Shown here in pieces: positions 12,430-24,240 of a stretch of 47,093 nt of DNA. Both the position numbers and the translations under genes were made by a program. The first letter of the stretch is position 1. Every line of letters begins with the position of its first letter. The notes under the pieces were generated by a model, which worked only from the letters and a program-made list of their open reading frames with translations, ran no database searches and was not told where the DNA came from. Source of the stretch: Amoeboaphelidium occidentale (Eukaryota); NCBI GenBank assembly GCA_023515795.1, contig JALGPX010000084.1, positions 1-47,093 of the forward strand, in the 5' to 3' direction.

Positions 12430-12699
12430 ATGACTCGATTCACTCTTTCACTTGATTCGATGAGGCAAGCGGAATCATTTGAATTTGAGGATTTCGATGA
12501 TAACGCGATCTTGTTAACAGTTTACACAAAGAAGCCTGATCTTCCACTAGCTGAATGGCTAGAACCTTTTTTGGCTCAAGAATGGAATGGAGTTTACACG
12601 AAAACCATCCCAATGTCGACACAATTCCTTATCAAAATCACGTGTAAGAATGAATGTATGAAAGTATTGGAGAAAAATGGAATACTTCCTTCTGAATAA
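12430..12699 (+). CDS. Hypothetical small protein, 89 aa
   Basis: ATG in an AAATG context, globular-looking composition, fills the gap exactly. Confidence 0.55.
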   Translation: MTRFTLSLDSMRQAESFEFEDFDDNAILLTVYTKKPDLPLAEWLEPFLAQEWNGVYTKTIPMSTQFLIKITCKNECMKVLEKNGILPSE

Positions 12700-12717
12700 T
12701 CTGAATAGACTTTAATT

Positions 12718-14092
12718 TTATCTTGTCCATGGATGTGCAGGCTTTCCTGAGGAATTAACTGCGAGACGCTTTCTGCCTTCTGCGATATTATCTTCTGTTG
12801 CTGTAAGCTGAGATATGTGTGGCAACAAAGATGCTACTCCACCACGAGACATTTGAATGCAAACAGCGTCCATCAAAACAAGAGCCGCCATTGCTTCAAC
12901 AATTGATACTGCGCGATTCACAACACAAGGATCATGTCTTCCTTTTGCTTCTAGTATACCATCTTGACCTTCATAAGTAGTAGAGTTCTGGGCCTGAGAT
13001 ATTGTCGCAGGAGGTTTGAATGCAACTCTGAAGTAAATGTTTTCACCATTTGAGATTCCACCCTAGGAAATTAAGTTTGGACGAGAATAAAACCTACTTG
13101 AACACCACCAGAGTTATTAGTTTTTGTTCCTAGACGCTTCTGACCTTTTGCATCGGTCTTTAAAACAAATGCGTCATTATGCTCCGAACCATGACATTTA
13201 GTTCCTTCAAAACCGCTACCAATTTCAAAGCCTTTAGTAGCAGGTATAGACAACATTGCATGAGCAAGCTTTGCCTCCAATTTATCGAATACTGGTTCAC
13301 CTAGACCAGTAGGTACGTTTCTAATTACACACGAAACAGTCCCGCCGATTGAGTCCATGTTGTTCTTAGCATCCAATATCAGATGTTGCATTTTTGAAGA
13401 AGTTTCAGTATCTGGGCAGCGAATAGCATCCTGGTCAACTATTTGCCTTGAAACAGTAGGCAGGATTTCATGAAGTTTCTGTTTTGATATCTCCACTGGG
13501 CCAACCGAACTAACAAAGGCAACAATTTCTACACCAAAAGCGACTTTCAAATACTTCTCTGCAATTCCTGCTGCTGCAACTCGACCTATAAATTTAGCAT
13601 TTTTATAGCCGAAAATGTCGTAATTACCAATTGTCTCGCGCGCTGATGATCTTCCTCCACCACTGCTCGCTTTCAAGCCATACTTTTGAACATAAGTGTA
13701 ATCTGCATGCGATGGTCTGGGCATATCATCCATAGATTTATAATCTCTTGGTCTCTATCATCATATAAGCGTAATCTCAAACAGAGCAAACCTGATCCTC
13801 ATTCAGCACCAGGAGCCCAACAGGAGTACCAAGCGTCACACCAAATTCAGTGCCACTTAAAATTTGGACTTTATCCTTTTCGTCCCTCTTTAAATTTAAT
13901 TAATGCAGAAGCAACACGATATACCGGTGTACTAAACTGTGATTGTCCAGGTCTTCTTCTAGTCAGCTGTGGTTGAATATCCTCTTCGCTCAGTTCAAGG
14001 CCAGGCGGTATACCATCTACAATACACCCAACGCCTTTACAATGCGATTCTCCGAACGTGGTAACTCTGAAAACTGTTCCAAATGAACTCAT
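12718..14092 (-). CDS. ARO2: Chorismate synthase (5 exons)
   Basis: [52 protein letters not shown] and GRHDPCVV motifs. One 42-nt intron is in frame and stop-free, so the ORF track reads through it. Confidence 0.97.
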
Positions 14093-14279
14093 AAGATTTA
14101 TGTCGCGCTGAAAGACGTTTCGTCACAACTGAAAATCACGCCGGCTTTCGGTAACTTCTGAAACAGACGAGTTGATCAAGAAAGATATTGGGCGATGTTT
14201 TATAAGCAGAAGTATTCCGAGACGATGATTAAAGGCTATAAGTCTGTTCTCGAGTTTCCCACTGTGATTCTTGGAAGTC

Positions 14280-15713
14280 ATGCCGATCGAAGTCACAGGC
14301 ATTTGTCCGTGCGATTTGGGATTTTACGAAGCTCCAGAGCCTGACGAAGAGGGATGCTTGACAAAGGATGAATGGAATGAACGGAAGCGCAGTTTACAAT
14401 ATTACAACTTTAACGAGAATTTAATTTATCCTTTAAATGTAATGCCACTGAGTAATTTGTTCTACTGTTCCTATTGCGATACGGTTAAATGCAGAAGATG
14501 TTGCAAAGAAGAAATCGTGTCATACTTCTGCCCTTCGTGTCTATTTGAGGCTCCTTCATCCACGGCTGTTGAATCTGATCAGGGAAAGTGTGTTCGAGGT
14601 TGTTTTATGTGCCCAGAATGCGAAACAAGTCTGATACTGACGGAATCGAATGATGCTGCAGGTGACGGTGGCACTGCAGAAGGTGCAAGTAAATCGTTTG
14701 TCCTTTCTTGTCCATGCTGCAGATGGGACAGTAAATCAGAGTTTGGCTGGGCATTTCCCAAGGCTGCCGGAATAGCAAGTGAGATTTCCTTCTAAAGATT
14801 TTGCTAATATCGCTTGTCTTTAGGTCAACTGAGCAAGTTTTTAGAAAAAGAGAATGTGAGGGAACAGGAAGTTCGCAAAGTGATTCAACATTGGGAACAG
14901 CGAGGGCATTTCTTTGCGCAACAGGATCGTTTTTCCAGTGTCGTTGGCTCAAGTTCTCTAGTTTCTACTTGGAGACAAAGGCTCAATTCAAAATTCAAGT
15001 TCACGCAGCATTTATTAAGTGAAACAGGCGAGAAAGCTGAATCGCAAACAGAAACTGCACCTGAGTATTCGGTTTCAGAAGCACTCGCTAATTTGAGTAT
15101 CGAAGAAAACATAGTCCACTCAGATGAAGTTGAACTAAAAGGGTTTAGAACAAAGAATTATGTTCCAACAATATTCTGTGGAAAGGCGAATGAGAATAAC
15201 AAGCTCTTTAGCATTAAGATACCAGAAAGAACTCCTCTCAAATGCAAATTTTCATTGAGATGTAATCAATGTGATCATTTGGTTTACAAGCCTGAGTCTA
15301 AGCCCAATATTATTACTCCGAGATTGGCATTGTTTGGATATCTTTATCTGCCTCAAGTTCAAGTTGGAACTGTGAAAGAAGACAGTAGAACTATACTGTC
15401 AATGGTTGTAAGACCGTCACGGAATGATATTAAGGATAAAATTGAGAGTGTTCTTTTAGCTACAGAAGCTTGCGAAGAAAATGATTCTATAAGTGAAATG
15501 GTCAGAGATTACTGCAAAGATCTTTCGTTAAATATACTAAAGAAAGAAAATCGGAAGTTTGAGAATGCAGAAGGTGACCAGGGAGAAGAACTTTCAGTTG
15601 TTTTTTCAGTTACAGGCAATCTCGATCTCATTCCATTCAAAGTTCAAGTGTCTAACGAAGATAAGAAAATCATTGTTTGGATGTCTTTAGTATTCAGTGA
15701 TGATACTAAATAA
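14280..15713 (+). CDS. DCTN4: Dynactin p62 subunit
   Basis: PLSNLFYCSYC..KCRRC..EIVSYFCPSCLFE, CFMCPEC, CPCCRWDS and SLRCNQCDHLVYKPE Zn motifs. Intron ~14779-14823. Confidence 0.9.
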
Positions 15714-15742
15714 AGAATTTAATTACAAGGTTTTATTTAAAG

Positions 15743-17137
15743 CTAGATAATGGCTATGATCAACGCTGGAATCAGCGAGAATGCTGATACCAACGCAGAG
15801 ATTTTATGCCCAGCATCGGAATAACTTCCTCCACCCGTAAGAGGCTTGTCTGAACCATCAAAGGCGAAATTGGTTTCGGTAGCATTAACTATAGGTTTTG
15901 GAACAGGCCTGAGAGATGGAATCTCGACTTTCGAAAAGTTGCCCCATGTAAGATTCTTTGGTGGCTGAAACTGAAATGGAAGACGTGTTGGTTCAGATAT
16001 TGGAGCTTGTGTTGTTGTCGTAGCTGCAGCAGATCCGGAAGATGGGTTTGATGATGAAGGAGAGGCTGCAGTACTTGAAGATGGGACACCGGTTGATGCA
16101 GGAGCAGAAGTCCTTGAGTTTGATATAGTTTGAGTGGTTGTTGCTGTTCCAGTTGCAGAACGAGTTGCTGACGACGATCCGGGTCTAGATGATGAAACTC
16201 TAGAAGTTACTGCGGCACGTGTTGATGTTGAGACTCTTGTACTTTGTCTTGTTGAAGTAGGTCTTGCACTACTTGATGGATTAGAGACGTAGTTGCCCAT
16301 GTATTGCGTTCCTGGTTCGGCGTAAACAAAGCATAAATTTCTTGTTTCAAACACATCTCTGACTCTTATACTGTAGCCTGCAATGGCTTGATTTGCATTA
16401 CCAACATAATCATCAAAGAATCTGCGATCCAACAATTGAAAGTTATTCCAAAGCTTGTCCATGTATGCATGATGTATCATGAAAATAGGATCATTAGGAG
16501 AGAACGCAAAAACCATGTCACCACTTCCAGAAGCACCGCCGACTAGAACATGCAAACGCATATGTGTAAAATCTTCTAATGTTCTGAAGAATCTTTCAAA
16601 ACTTCCTGAACCGGTAATGATACTCCTGATTTCTTGTGGAGAATCCAATGGCCAGTCGTTTCCTGTTGAATTTCTTGTTAAACAGTGATTACCAGGATAA
16701 GTAAGAGCCCAGTTTGCAAAATATCCGTCAGTAACACATGAACCTGTTGTCACAGTACCAAAATCTCTCCAAATTGAAGCTCTCAAAGGGTTTTGATAAT
16801 CTTTGGACTGGTCCCAATACGGCAACACCACGTCTGGTTCTATCCTACGCAGTGCTTCTTCAAACTCGCTGAGCATAGCTCTGTGAGCTGGCAAGAACAC
16901 TGGTTGTTTGTGCCATGCGTTAAAATGCTCAACGTGTTTCTGCGCGAAATGCTCAAATCCTCTTCGTTCTCTGTGAAGTTTCGATACGGCGTCTAAATAT
17001 TTGACTTGTTCAGCACGAGGTAAATCACTCCATTCATATCTGATTCTGATCCTTCCACCACAGTTTGGAAGTTGAGCAAAACTCTTTGAAGCAAACAGAG
17101 CAATTAAAGATACGCTTATCCAGCTTCTAATGAACAT
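15743..17137 (-). CDS. Secreted, probably GPI-anchored tyrosinase (type-3 copper) with Ser/Thr-rich stalk
   Basis: Signal peptide, CuA H..H..FLPAHR, LPYWD, CuB HMRLH...SPNDPIFMIHH, an S/T-rich linker and a hydrophobic C-terminal tail. Confidence 0.9.
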   Translation of the reverse strand: MFIRSWISVSLIALFASKSFAQLPNCGGRIRIRYEWSDLPRAEQVKYLDAVSKLHRERRGFEHFAQKHVEHFNAWHKQPVFLPAHRAMLSEFEEALRRIEPDVVLPYWDQSKDYQNPLRASIWRDFGTVTTGSCVTDGYFANWALTYPGNHCLTRNSTGNDWPLDSPQEIRSIITGSGSFERFFRTLEDFTHMRLHVLVGGASGSGDMVFAFSPNDPIFMIHHAYMDKLWNNFQLLDRRFFDDYVGNANQAIAGYSIRVRDVFETRNLCFVYAEPGTQYMGNYVSNPSSSARPTSTRQSTRVSTSTRAAVTSRVSSSRPGSSSATRSATGTATTTQTISNSRTSAPASTGVPSSSTAASPSSSNPSSGSAAATTTTQAPISEPTRLPFQFQPPKNLTWGNFSKVEIPSLRPVPKPIVNATETNFAFDGSDKPLTGGGSYSDAGHKISALVSAFSLIPALIIAII

Positions 17138-17728
17138 TGTTTGAATATTATAGCTTGGCAAATGGAATTTTCAATGGCCTAACACCTTGTACTCCAAAGG
17201 GCCTCCAATCCCAATCAACCATATATGCACAAGCCAAGCTTGGTGTCACCAGTCCATATGACCTTGTTTCAGAGTCACGTAATCACAAAAAGGGGAACAT
17301 GTTGGCTCCAAGTAGATGGTAGAACTAAGAGATTTGATAGAAAGGGGTTGTAAACTGAAGTTAGCACGATACGTCAATAAAGCCGGGTTTCACAGCCCCT
17401 AGAGCCAGATATTTGGAAATCACATGTAGCTGCACCGGTACAATATGTGTGCAAAGAAACGAACGCGATTATAGATCATTCCAATCTTAAACCAGTATTA
17501 GAACCTTTGTTGTCGATTTTAAACAAGGATGAAGATTTTACAAGTCATGATTAAAACTCAGTGCATAATTTGGTTCGAAACGAAAGCTCTTGAGCACTCG
17601 AACGTACCTATTCTTCTAGTACGGCCAAATTTATCTTGCCTTCAAGCAGGTCACACCATTGCGCTCGAATGATGCGGCGATATTTTTAGACGTGTTTCAA
17701 GGGCGTCATCCCTTGATCTATTTTACTA

Positions 17729-18214
17729 ATGACAGACACCCTAGGTTTCGAAAATCTACTCATTTCCCCTGACTACGAGGCTCAAGCTGCAAGATTGAAT
17801 GAAAACGCCGCATTGGACCCTATCGATAGGGTTAAAGAGTATGTGAGATATTGCTGGACCACTGACGCTGGTATGAGAAATACAAAGTTTTATGTTATTG
17901 AGTTAAGAACTTCTAAGGCTGATGCCGAGTCTCAATCGAACACTGGCGCTCCAAACCTTGCAATCGGTCGCGTTTTGCAGGGTGCTGGTTACATTTCTAT
18001 GACGGCCGCAAATTCAGGAACAAGCTGGATCGGTCATAGTTCTTTGGACTGGCCAAGTCACAGACTTGATATAATGCGTGATTTGCAACGTATTGCTGAT
18101 AATGCAGGTTACAAGATCACTATCATGGCCCACTATTCAACGATGGTGGACATGATTCGTATCAACCCTCCGCGTGTGGCAGTTCCTCCTTCCCAACAGA
18201 GGGCTGCGTTATAA
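17729..18214 (+). CDS. Orphan intronless protein, 161 aa (possible VapD/Cas2-like ferredoxin fold)
   Basis: Clean ATG-TAA ORF with a downstream AATAAA. The fold suggestion rests only on the residue pattern. Confidence 0.7.
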   Translation: MTDTLGFENLLISPDYEAQAARLNENAALDPIDRVKEYVRYCWTTDAGMRNTKFYVIELRTSKADAESQSNTGAPNLAIGRVLQGAGYISMTAANSGTSWIGHSSLDWPSHRLDIMRDLQRIADNAGYKITIMAHYSTMVDMIRINPPRVAVPPSQQRAAL

Positions 18215-18528
18215 ATTGTCTAGCCACTCTTTTCCCACTGGGTTTTTAATGAGGGCTCAATAAAATTCAAAAATCAGTAGTTGAGACAACGATTTTCGTG
18301 GAGCATATTTTATTCAACATTAACTTCAGAAATCGATAAATTCCTGTGGCTTTCGGGCGATGAACGAGTGCAATCGCCAAATCCTCTGGTACAGGTGACC
18401 ATTGACACGTTTTCTAAAATCAATGGCACGGAAATTAGGCCAAACGGACACATATAAGAATTTTGAGCTTTTAGTATCGTGGGAAACTTCCTTGAATTGC
18501 CCTGCGTTGTTTGGGACGGCTGGAACTT

Positions 18529-18568
18529 TGCGCTCGTTAGAGTTCGACTGCGCGCTTTATCCGATTGG
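18529..18568 (+). promoter_or_regulatory. Two MRE-core-like heptamers (TGCRCNC) plus an inverted CCAAT upstream of the Cys-rich gene
   Basis: TGCGCTC 18529-18535, TGCGCGC 18549-18555 and ATTGG 18564-18568, lying 80-120 bp before ATG 18647. Confidence 0.25.
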
Positions 18569-18646
18569 TCAGAAAATCGCTCAAAGCGGCCAAGTTTCGC
18601 CTTGTTGAGTGATTTTCCAAGAATAATATTCTAATAATTAGTAAAA

Positions 18647-19710
18647 ATGCACCCAAAGTGTCCAGTTAAGAAATCTTCATCATGTAGATGCCCAGGTAAG
18701 TCCTTTGGAAGTTGTTCCAGTTGTTCTAAACAATTTTTCTATTAGTGATGCGCTCTAGTGGTTGTGGTTGTGGTTCAGCTTGTCAGTGCTCATCATCCAA
18801 TGGCAATAATCACAGATGCCCTGTTTTGAATTATTATGCTGACTGTTGCTCCAGTCAAGGTTGCCCTTATTTGAATCGTTGTGCTGGTGGTTCTGGTGCT
18901 TCAGCTGCTTGTGGTTGTCCTTACTTGGCACAGTATCAACAAGGTCATGGCTACTCTGGTCACAGTGGTTGTCCTGTCTTGCAAGGTTATGGTCACAACT
19001 ATGGTGGTTATCATCATGGTTCCTACCATGGAGGGTGTCCAATGTTCCAAGGAAATCGTTCTGGTCCAAGTAACTATCATGGTGGCTGTCCAATGTTCCA
19101 AGGCCATGGTTTCGGTGGCTTCAATGGTGGCTGTCCATTAGGTTACCATTCATGCGGCTGTGCTTCAGGTGCTCGCTGTTCATGTGTTGGTGGTTGCAAC
19201 TGTAATCCTTGTGGTTGTGGCATGAAGTCTGGTAAAGGCAAGGCTGCTGCAGGATGTTGTTGTGGAAGCAACTGTCAATGTAGCAGTGGTTCATCCAAGT
19301 CTTGTTGTTCAACATCTGCTGCTGCTTGTTGCTGTGGTGACTCTTGCAACTGCGCTGATTGTGATTGCAGCAATACCGAATCCTGCCACTGTGTTGAAGG
19401 AGGAAAGTGCCTATGCGAAGAAGGAAAATGCAAGTGCAAAGAGAGTAGTTCATGTTGCAAGAAGCCAGCTGCAAGTACTTGTTCATGTGTTGCTGGTGGA
19501 AAATGCTTGTGTGAGGAAGGAAAATGCAAGTGCAAGGAGAATGGTGTGTGCAAATGCAAGGAAGGAGGCAAATGTTTGTGCGATCCAGGTAAATGTACTT
19601 GCAAGAAGGAAGCTGCTTCAAGCTCTTGTGAATGTACCAAGGGCGGCAAGTGCATCTGTCCAGCTGGTCAATGCAAATGCAGCTCCAGTTGCACTCAAGC
19701 AAAGAAATGA
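18647..19710 (+). CDS. Very long Cys-rich metallothionein-like protein with N-terminal Cys-Pro repeats (337 aa)
   Basis: Exon 1 18647-18695 (MHPKCPVKKSSSCRCP), intron 18696-18745. 67 Cys by hand count, with CxC/CC/CCC clusters and four CxCxxGGKC(L/I)CxxGxCxC repeats. Confidence 0.85.
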
Positions 19711-19744
19711 GCGAGATTTATTTTAAAAATTCAAGAATAAAGTT

Positions 19745-21225
19745 TTAGTCAAAAGGCAGCATGTATTTCTTGTCATTGGTGGAAGTACTTGCATGTGCTG
19801 ATGGAAGTCTAATACCGCAACAAACAGGTGGCGCCTGGCCCATTGCATAGGAGTCAACAAGCAATAAATTGTTTGTATTATTATTGGAATCATCTGCTGC
19901 ATTCTCGGAAGGCGGTAAAACTTCTGGGGTTCCTTTCAATACTCTTCCGAGGATAGGAGTCCATCCACCTTTAGCATTTTTGACATAACGGACTATTTGC
20001 TCAACATATTCTTCTTCAACAGCTTTCGAAGTAGTGTCGTGAGAACAGCCAGAAGAATGGTGGTGATGATGGTGATGATGATGATCTTGAGAAGCGCTAC
20101 CGGATGCAGGTTTGAATTCCTGGTACTCTGGCGGAGTGTATGCAAGCGTAGAACTTGTTTGCAAGTCAACGTTACAAGCCTTGATAAAGTCCACTCTTTC
20201 CTCTTCAGAAGCATCATCCCATCCTAATTTTCCGAATAATCTACCAAAAAGTAAATGCTGCATTATTGGCAATTTTGATAGCACTTCAACTCTGAACATT
20301 TTCATCATGCCAGAGTTGACTTTATCCCAAGACTTGACACCAGATATATCATTGAGCATTGGAGAGTGCCACGATAAACTGGCCATATTCTTGACTTGAT
20401 TTACATAATTAACACAATACAAATACAAGTATTCTTCGGAGTATTGATCCAAAATCTCTTGGTTATGAATTGATTTTGGTTTGATGTGTTTGTGACCTCG
20501 TAACTGCGCGCTACCAAAATAGAATGGCAGAAACTGATAATCATCCAAACCCCAAACTCCTACAAAAATTATCTCTAGCTAAAATAAACTTTACCGTGGC
20601 TGCCTGCAGGTTCTAACCAGTAAGATTTCTGCAAATTGTGCATCCAGTCGATGTAAGCCCAAAACACATGCAAAACCACTGAAGCGTAATCCTCCTTACG
20701 TAGCAGATTAAGTTCTTGTAAACAATACAAGAATATTATGAAGTGGAATTCGTGCCCAGTTCCATAATCGATTCTTTGCCTGTCACCAAAGCAGTGCATG
20801 AAATAAGTTTTAAGTTCCAAACCAAACATTTCCATCTGCTCCTGCGACACAAATTCCTTAAACCAGTCAAGGCAGTTCTATCAAGTAAATGCATACTGTT
20901 TTAGGATACGCACCTTGTCTATGTAATCGTAGTAAGCACGAAATTGCGGATGCCCAAATCTAGAATCGCCACCATCTTCCGTTCTCGGATACTTTGCGAT
21001 AGCGTCATTACAGTTAGCTATCAGCCCCAAAAGCCCATTAACTGTTTTGCTTTCAGCATTGCTATCAGACCTCTTCAATCCAATTACCGAACCATTTAGC
21101 TGTTCCAAAAATGCTACGATCAAAGCAAGGCATTCACTCTTCTCTAATAAAGCCAAGTCAGCGGGTGATACGACCAGCTTCTTAGGCTCAAAGTTGCGGT
21201 CTAAAATCGTCTTTTTAGTGGTCAT
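19745..21225 (-). CDS. RRD2: PP2A phosphatase activator PTPA (Rrd2-like)
   Basis: [45 protein letters not shown] and HSPMLNDIS motifs. C-terminal CCGIRLPS...PFD. Two introns. Confidence 0.92.
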
Positions 21226-21339
21226 CGTTCGTTCGTCTTGTGATTGTTGTTTGGAAGCAAAGCCCAGTTGTGCAACGTCGCAACTCAAAAAGAATTCTCC
21301 AGTGTGACCACCGTTTGGAATTATTGATAATCAACCTCA

Positions 21340-23484
21340 ATGGAAAAAGTATACAAAAGTCAATGGATGTGGAAGAAGAATCATCAGTCGAAAGTCAATA
21401 GGGTACTGCTTGAGAGGATTGTTAAAGGATCTGATCATATTGTTGTGGAATGTGTAGGGCTGGAGAAAGCGATGGTTCGTTCTTAGGAATGGGAGGCTTG
21501 CATACTATAAAAATGATAAGGAATATGAAATGCTGCACTTCATACCTCTGTCACTGATATACTCAATCTCAGAAGCATCGTTGAAACGACATCCACATGC
21601 TTTGTGTATGGTGGTGCTGCAGCCAAAGGAAGATATGGTTTCTGGTATAGAATCTCCCTCAGATCCAAAGATGCACCTTCATCATCATCAGCGGAAAGTA
21701 AAGAGTTTAAGGGTTTAAATTAATAACATCTTTAGATGTCTGAAGCAACAGTGTATTTCTTAGACGCAGGATCCAGACAAGAACTGCAAGAATGGTTCTC
21801 CTGTTTTGCTGAGGCTCTTCAGAGTATTCCATCTTTGTCTATCATGTATTGGAATGGAAGCTTTATGTATATCCCTGCAGCTGATCCAGAAACAGATCCA
21901 GGCCATGTTGTTAAACTTGATACTCTCAATTTCGACAAGTATCTCAGAGGACCCATGAAGCCCTTGCCTTCAAGAATGGCTATAAATGTTTTTGCCAAAG
22001 GCGATATGGTTGATTTGTCCTGGTGGCAGAATCCTATGGAACTAGTTTTAGCTGAGTGGAAACGCTTGATAACTTCAGTGCAGAATGCGGTAGAGCCGGA
22101 TAAAGCAGAAATTACTGCAGCATCTAAGGCTAGCTCTAAATTAACGCCTCTTAGAGAAGTCGCTGAGGTTGATGAAAGCCCTAAGGTTGCATCTCATGAA
22201 GGGAAGGAACCTTCAGGAGAAGGATTGAAACCTTTGGAAATACCGAATGTAACTAGGCGTTTATCATTCTCGAATCCATTTTCTGCTGCTTCTGTTATAT
22301 CAAGTCCTTTTCAGACACCATTAACAGAATCAGTCAGTCAATTATCTGGTTACATGTTAAAGATGAAACATGGCAAGTCACTGAAAAGAACTGATGGAAA
22401 GGCTGGACATTATAAATTCAAACCTACAGATTGGCAAACACGGTGGTGTGTAATCAGAGGTTCTTCTTTGATGTGGTACACATCGAACAACGAATATGAA
22501 GTTCTCAATCTTGTTCGATTCGATGAAGTCTTGATCATTTTACCTCACAAGGATGGATTTGCGGTGAAAGAGAAATATAGCTCATTGGACCACTCTAGAA
22601 GAAAATCTGTTGATTCTAATAGCTCTAAAACATCAACACTGTCCAGGGCCAAAAATGTTGTTATGAAACTAATGTCAAAGAAAGATTCACTATCGCGTCC
22701 ACATACCCTAGAGAGAAATGTAGGATATGCGGAAAAGTATGAAGACGAAGAGGATGCAGATGATGATGTTCAGGAAGATGAGGACGAACAAATTGAAGAT
22801 GAAGAAATAATGGAAGACAGCCCCGATGAATTCGAAAGATCGTATGATATGCTGAAAGTTTCAACAATAGCTGCACCTAATGTAGTACCATCTGACTGTG
22901 AATGTGCCTTCTGCAATTACGGTCGAAGATGGTCTGAATCATTGCAGAAACCAGATCACAAGTGTTGTTATTTGGAGCATGCACCGCACCCTAATCATGT
23001 TCCACTAGCATTATTCCACACAATGCTTACTTCTTATCATGAAACGGCTGTGAAGCATTTAAAAGGCCTTGGGCAAATCAAAGATCACCAGCATCCTCAT
23101 GAACTGTTGCCTCACAAACTACTCAATGATGTCTGGGCTAATTTCTGGACCCAAACAGGGATTGAAGGCGTGAGTCTACCAAATGTCACAAGTACAGAAA
23201 AGTTTAATCCTTGGACTCAGACGAGTGTTCAAGCTGATGAACAAGGCGATCTTGAAGAGAGACAAGTTGTCGCGATGGTGCATCAAGATGAAGGCTCAAC
23301 CGCTTCTACTAGAAAAGAATCAAGGATTTATCCTATTCAAATAATAACATCGAAACGGAATTACTGCTTTGCTTGCACAACTTACGAAGATATGGAAAAA
23401 TGGGTTACGGCTCTTCGACGAGCATTTCTCATGACAAACATTCTTAGCGAAGACGTTTCTCAAACAGACGACAGCCAAATATGA
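21340..23484 (+). CDS. Protein with two PH domains (second one split by a long insert)
   Basis: PH1: WMWKK..GWRKRWFVLRNGRLAYYK...ELQEW. PH2: SGYMLKM..WQTRWCVIRGSSLMWY ... RNYCFACTTYEDMEKWVTAL. Two introns in the 5' part. Confidence 0.8.
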
Positions 23485-23562
23485 CCATGTCAAGTTCGAC
23501 CCGTTAAGAATTAGAAGTTTATTCAACGCGCACAGATTCCCATAAAGCAAAGCGTGTTATGT

Positions 23563-24240
<678 letters not shown>

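Noticed and set aside
18755..19726. Several long overlapping alternative-frame and antisense ORFs over the Cys-rich gene
   Set aside because: They are shadows of repetitive TGT/TGC/GGT codon use. The Cys-rich frame has the proper spliced start.
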